A DNA stretch of 56,185 nucleotides, counting the filler, from Sphacelaria rigidula (lineage: Eukaryota): NCBI GenBank assembly GCA_964200075.2. It is 5 parts of 5 records of this genome, joined end to end, with 100 filler letters (N's around TTAATTAATTAA, not from the genome) between each part and the next. Parts side by side here need not be neighbours in the genome. Positions count along the whole stretch, not along the records: positions 45,029 to 56,185 come from CAXNAA020005314.1; 4 more parts are not named here. One strand, written 5' to 3'. Below, piece by piece: positions 52,244 through 56,185 of the stretch. Below the pieces are notes generated by a model. It ran no database searches. It was not told where the DNA came from and was given only the letters and a program-made list of their open reading frames with translations. Within the stretch, counting starts at the first letter, position 1, and every line of letters starts with the position of its first letter. The position numbers and the translations under genes were made by a program.

Positions 52244-53297
52244 TGTGAATTCAATTGATCGAGTGACTATACATTCTCCCGCTCACACACATGCAAAACA
52301 CGTGTTTCCCCATATCGGAAATATTTTGCCCCTCACTCCCATGTGGCGGGCAAATTGACCTACTTCAGTGGTTCAAAGGTCATCACCATGTCCGCTTTGT
52401 AAACATGGGTGACCGACTGACAGCACCAACGAACGTATATCAACCAAGGCGGACAGACGTCACCACGTGAATCAAAGGGTAAAAAGACAGGGTGTGTACG
52501 TTGTTCTTTTGTCGTCTTCACCCATGATGCAGCGCTCTCGGGTTTCGATATGTAACATGCATGAGCCGCACCCGCGAGCGGGCCACTCCGCGTGCCCTGC
52601 ACATTTTTCAGATTCAGACTTCTCAAATCCCCAACAGCACAACAGTATCAGAAATCATTTTTTGTTTCTTTCATTTCATTTATATTCTAGTATGGGATTT
52701 TCGGAAGAGAATCAAGTGCTCTCTCTATCCTCTTATGCCACAGCCTCTGACGGGAGTTACACTCTGGAATCCAATCCTGGACCCACATTTTCACGGCATT
52801 GTACGGTAGAGAGGAATATACACTCAATGGGCCGTATTACTTCGTTCGGTCATGTATTCAAATGCCGGAGATCGTGATCACATCCCAAACCGAAACACTC
52901 ACGACGTATGTATTTGGAGACACATTTTGGCGCCCATCATTCAGAGATACTCCCCAAACTCGCCTGACCACACAATATGCTTGTACTGTTGTTTTCCCAA
53001 ACTCTGCATGTATTGCGGTATGATCTAGGAGAAGGGAGGGGAGGTAGGATGGTAAACGGGGAAAGGCGGAGGGGGGAGGGGTAGAGAGAGATCGTACACG
53101 CCCCTGGGCACGTCCGCGTCTCAGCAGCACATGAACCGTTCTCTCTGGAGTGCAAGGGACGGTTCAGGCTTCGACCCGCAATACTATGTACGCTGGTGTC
53201 AGGCGTAAACCCCAGACAGAAGAAGATAGAAGAAAAAAACAGAGGTCTCGACAGGACAAATCTTCTCGAAGAAAAATACTCAAGGATAAAAACAAAC

Positions 53298-53417
53298 CTG
53301 GGATGGAGTGGCGGCGTCGAAAAAGGCAGCCACGTACAGCTCCTCGTCGATCATATACGCCTCAAAAATCAGCTCCCCGCCGGGCGGTGTATGGTTTGGC
53401 TGGTATCCCTTGCTCAC
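53298..53417 (-). CDS. Histidine acid phosphatase exon
   Basis: cag|...|gtttgt, 120 nt. Encodes VSKGYQPNHTPPGGELIFEAYMIDEELYVAAFFDAATPSQ. Confidence 0.9.
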
Positions 53418-54437
53418 CTGTTGGCCATAAGTGTAGAAACGCGGCCGTTTCATCAGACGGAGTAAATACTGTCTGAAATACGGAAATAAAAAAATGATCA
53501 TTCTTCGCTTTTTCTTTGCACTCGTTCCGTTTCCGAGCAAAACACTTTAAAAAAATTTTCCGTTTTCCAACCCACCACGTGAGACGTGGTCTCTGCTCAG
53601 GATTTGTTTCCCGCCCCAATCATTTCATGGTGTAGTAACCAATGTAGTACTTATGAATGGTGTAGTGACTAATGTACTTAAATATAAACAATGTATCGCC
53701 ACCCCTGGCATACCTAAACAATGTATCAACAATGTTGTGGTTGGGTTCGTTAGAAAGGCAAAGCGCAGACGAAGCTGATGAAAAAAAAAAACGAAAAAAA
53801 AAGTTGTTTTCATCACGAAAACTATGTCGAAATATACTCCATTTTGAAGTTTTTTTATCCATTTTCCCCCCATCATTGACCGATTTTGGACGTTTTCACG
53901 CCGAGCACTAGCCATTACATGCTAAAAAAATGTTGGGTGGGGCGTGCGTAGGTGTATATCGCGGACATGTCCAAAATCAATGGTGGTTTCGCGATTTTCA
54001 CATTTTTTGGCCCATTTTTCGCGATTTTTCGTGTTCCCGGGTTTATGATGCTTTCCTGGGAAAACGAACGAAAAATGGCCGGTTTTTGGACCGACCTACT
54101 TTTTTTCGGCCGCGCGGCTGCATGGTTCAAGCACGAGCTGCAAATTTCAAATACATTTTCTAAACCCAAAAAACACCGTAGAGTTCGTTAAAAATAAATA
54201 AAAAATCGGACACCGTCAAGGGCCCGTACAAATTTAGGTACCTTTACTTATGGGACAGGGGAAGTATATATATATATATATACATACATATATATGTATA
54301 TGGCGAGCGTCGTCAACAGAACACGAAAACAAGGGCGTTAAGGAAAAGGGGAGTAAAAAGTAAATCGACATTATTCTCGTGGTCCTGCCCCTCGAACTTG
54401 TGGACACTACAACAGTGCGCTCGCAGACCAAGCTCAC

Positions 54438-54509
54438 CCACTTGAGATCCAGCAATTCTGCCAAGTAAAGAAGATTTGTGTCGTGTGCGGCATAGTATAC
54501 CATTTTTAC
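54438..54509 (-). CDS. Histidine acid phosphatase exon with the catalytic HD motif
   Basis: cag|...|gtgagc, 72 nt. Encodes VKMVYYAAHDTNLLYLAELLDLKW. Confidence 0.92.
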
Positions 54510-56007
54510 CTGCAAAGATCGGGATGGAAAAAGACGTAGGGCGGAGGAGCAGGGGCGGGAACGTCGTGACACACGAGTTTCTGTAAATGTAGCACTATCG
54601 AGGTGGCCGAACCGTCACGGACGGCAATGGTGTTGGTATTCTACACACACCGAACAAAAAAAATAGGGGACTCTTCTTTTGAAAAAAAACGGATATATAC
54701 TCATCTGCTTGTGGTCGTTGGACAACTCTGCGACTTCTGTAAGAGATGGGAAGACTGATTACTGCAGCATTTCTTCACCCTTTCACCTACGCTACAAGGT
54801 AACACAACACTTCAAAACACAACATCGTACATGAACACACACACACATACCTCCGTGCAAAGCAATGACCATGACCGCAAACTAAACAAACTATACTCTG
54901 ACACATGTTTTTTTACCCCAGCTGGGCCTCAGACATAGCCGTCCATCTCTCTCACACACCCAGCACGAGGACCACGATCAGCAACGAGCAAAAATCAACG
55001 AAATCAAAATAACCGACACACCCACGATATGTACGTTCGGGTCACGACCCCCTATAATCGGTGCCCTGATTCCATAACACACCGAAACCCATTTCACCTC
55101 AAGGGTACCAGATACATGTGACTTCACATGTATCTATCCTCAACACTTTCCCTCTGTATTTTTCACGGTTAGGACGAATCATCACGACTACGAATCACCA
55201 AATCCACGATTTTTTCGGCCTAATTGCCCAAAAGGGAGAAAAAATTGACCGCTGGTTCAAGGGGCATCCACGCAACTTTTGCGTCATTGCACGTGTCTGG
55301 GCTGCGTGTACCTGGGTCGCAACGCTGAAAACAAAGCCTGGGGATTGATTCGTACGATTCGAATCAAATATACTAAAACCAGGTAATTTCCAGACAAATC
55401 ATTATTTGTCCGACCCTTGGAATTTTGGAAAACAAGCACACGACTACTCGTCTCCTGCATCAAGAAGAGAGCGGGAGATGGAATCTACGAATACTCTCGC
55501 CGCAATAAAGATCCGCCCGCGAGCCACTTCCTCGTCTCTAGAAGGTACAAGCACAGTCCCCATGCACCCGTACAAGGCACTGAAACTCCTCTCCCCAAAC
55601 CCCATTATTGTCATTTTTATTTTCCCGTTATGCTGTCATTGCAACCGCCCCCTTCCCTTCCTCGGTACGAATTCGTGGACCTCTCTCCTGGTACACGCCT
55701 TGCATGTTGGTAGCAACGTGGGATTTGGGTCAGCACTCCCGTACCGCGTCAGCTATCGTCGAACAAGCCCAGTCAAGAAGTCTAGCTGCTACTCATGCCC
55801 TCACACTGTCAAGGGTGGAAATGAGATACTCCTGATAAAAAAAAAAAGTTAACTGTTGTAGACGCATCTGGCGGGAATTGAACCCGTGTTTGATCCACCC
55901 TGATGATATCAGTTGTACAGTTTGAATTTGGATCGCCGGGGCGCGGCGGTTGGTTGTTTGAAACGGGCACACCAGCAACAAGCCTCGCATATTGAACCGT
56001 GACTTAC

Positions 56008-56101
56008 GTCGGGGGAATGTGCGACGGCCTCGAGGTTCTGTCCCGTCTCCATCTGGTCCAACGCAGCCACCACGTGCATCAGCAACGCGCTGCCGAATGG
56101 T
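56008..56101 (-). CDS. Histidine acid phosphatase (AppA/phytase-like), first exon in the window
   Basis: Long pyrimidine tract, ccag|...|gtaagt. Encodes PFGSALLMHVVAALDQMETGQNLEAVAHSPD. Confidence 0.85.
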
Positions 56102-56185
56102 CTGGGGGAAAAAAACAAAAGAACAGTGAGAGAAAATGAAAAAAAAAGGAAAAAAAAAAAAGAAAAGAAGAAGAAAAGAAAAGGA

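Overview
This is eukaryotic, intron-rich and transposon-dense DNA. The splice signals and transposon content look like a stramenopile, probably a brown alga, but that is an inference. The window is not contiguous. It consists of five segments of exactly 11,157 bp joined by four identical 100-bp spacers (N44-TTAATTAATTAA-N44), so nothing should be linked across the spacers. Segment 1 (1-11157) holds a degenerate chromodomain Ty3/Gypsy element, a deleted inverted copy of the same family with a MITE in its LTR, and a decayed Ty1/Copia. Segment 2 (11258-22414) holds three spliced exons of a tyrosinase-like type-3 copper protein (minus strand), a foldback element and a decayed Copia. Segment 3 (22515-33671) holds a possible spliced orphan gene, a putative DDE transposase relic and a LINE RT fragment. 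Segment 4 (33772-44928) holds a fragmented Gypsy, foldback/MITE elements and tRNA-derived SINEs. Segment 5 (45029-56185) holds six to seven exons of an AppA/phytase-like histidine acid phosphatase with a C-terminal membrane anchor, and its introns carry SINEs, a Tourist-like MITE and a hairpin minisatellite. I found no CRISPR array, rRNA or intact tRNA. The most intriguing signals are a Gypsy family with a palindrome in place of a tRNA primer-binding site, LTR variants that sort by 5'/3' position, and a spliced, membrane-anchored phosphatase resembling bacterial AppA.
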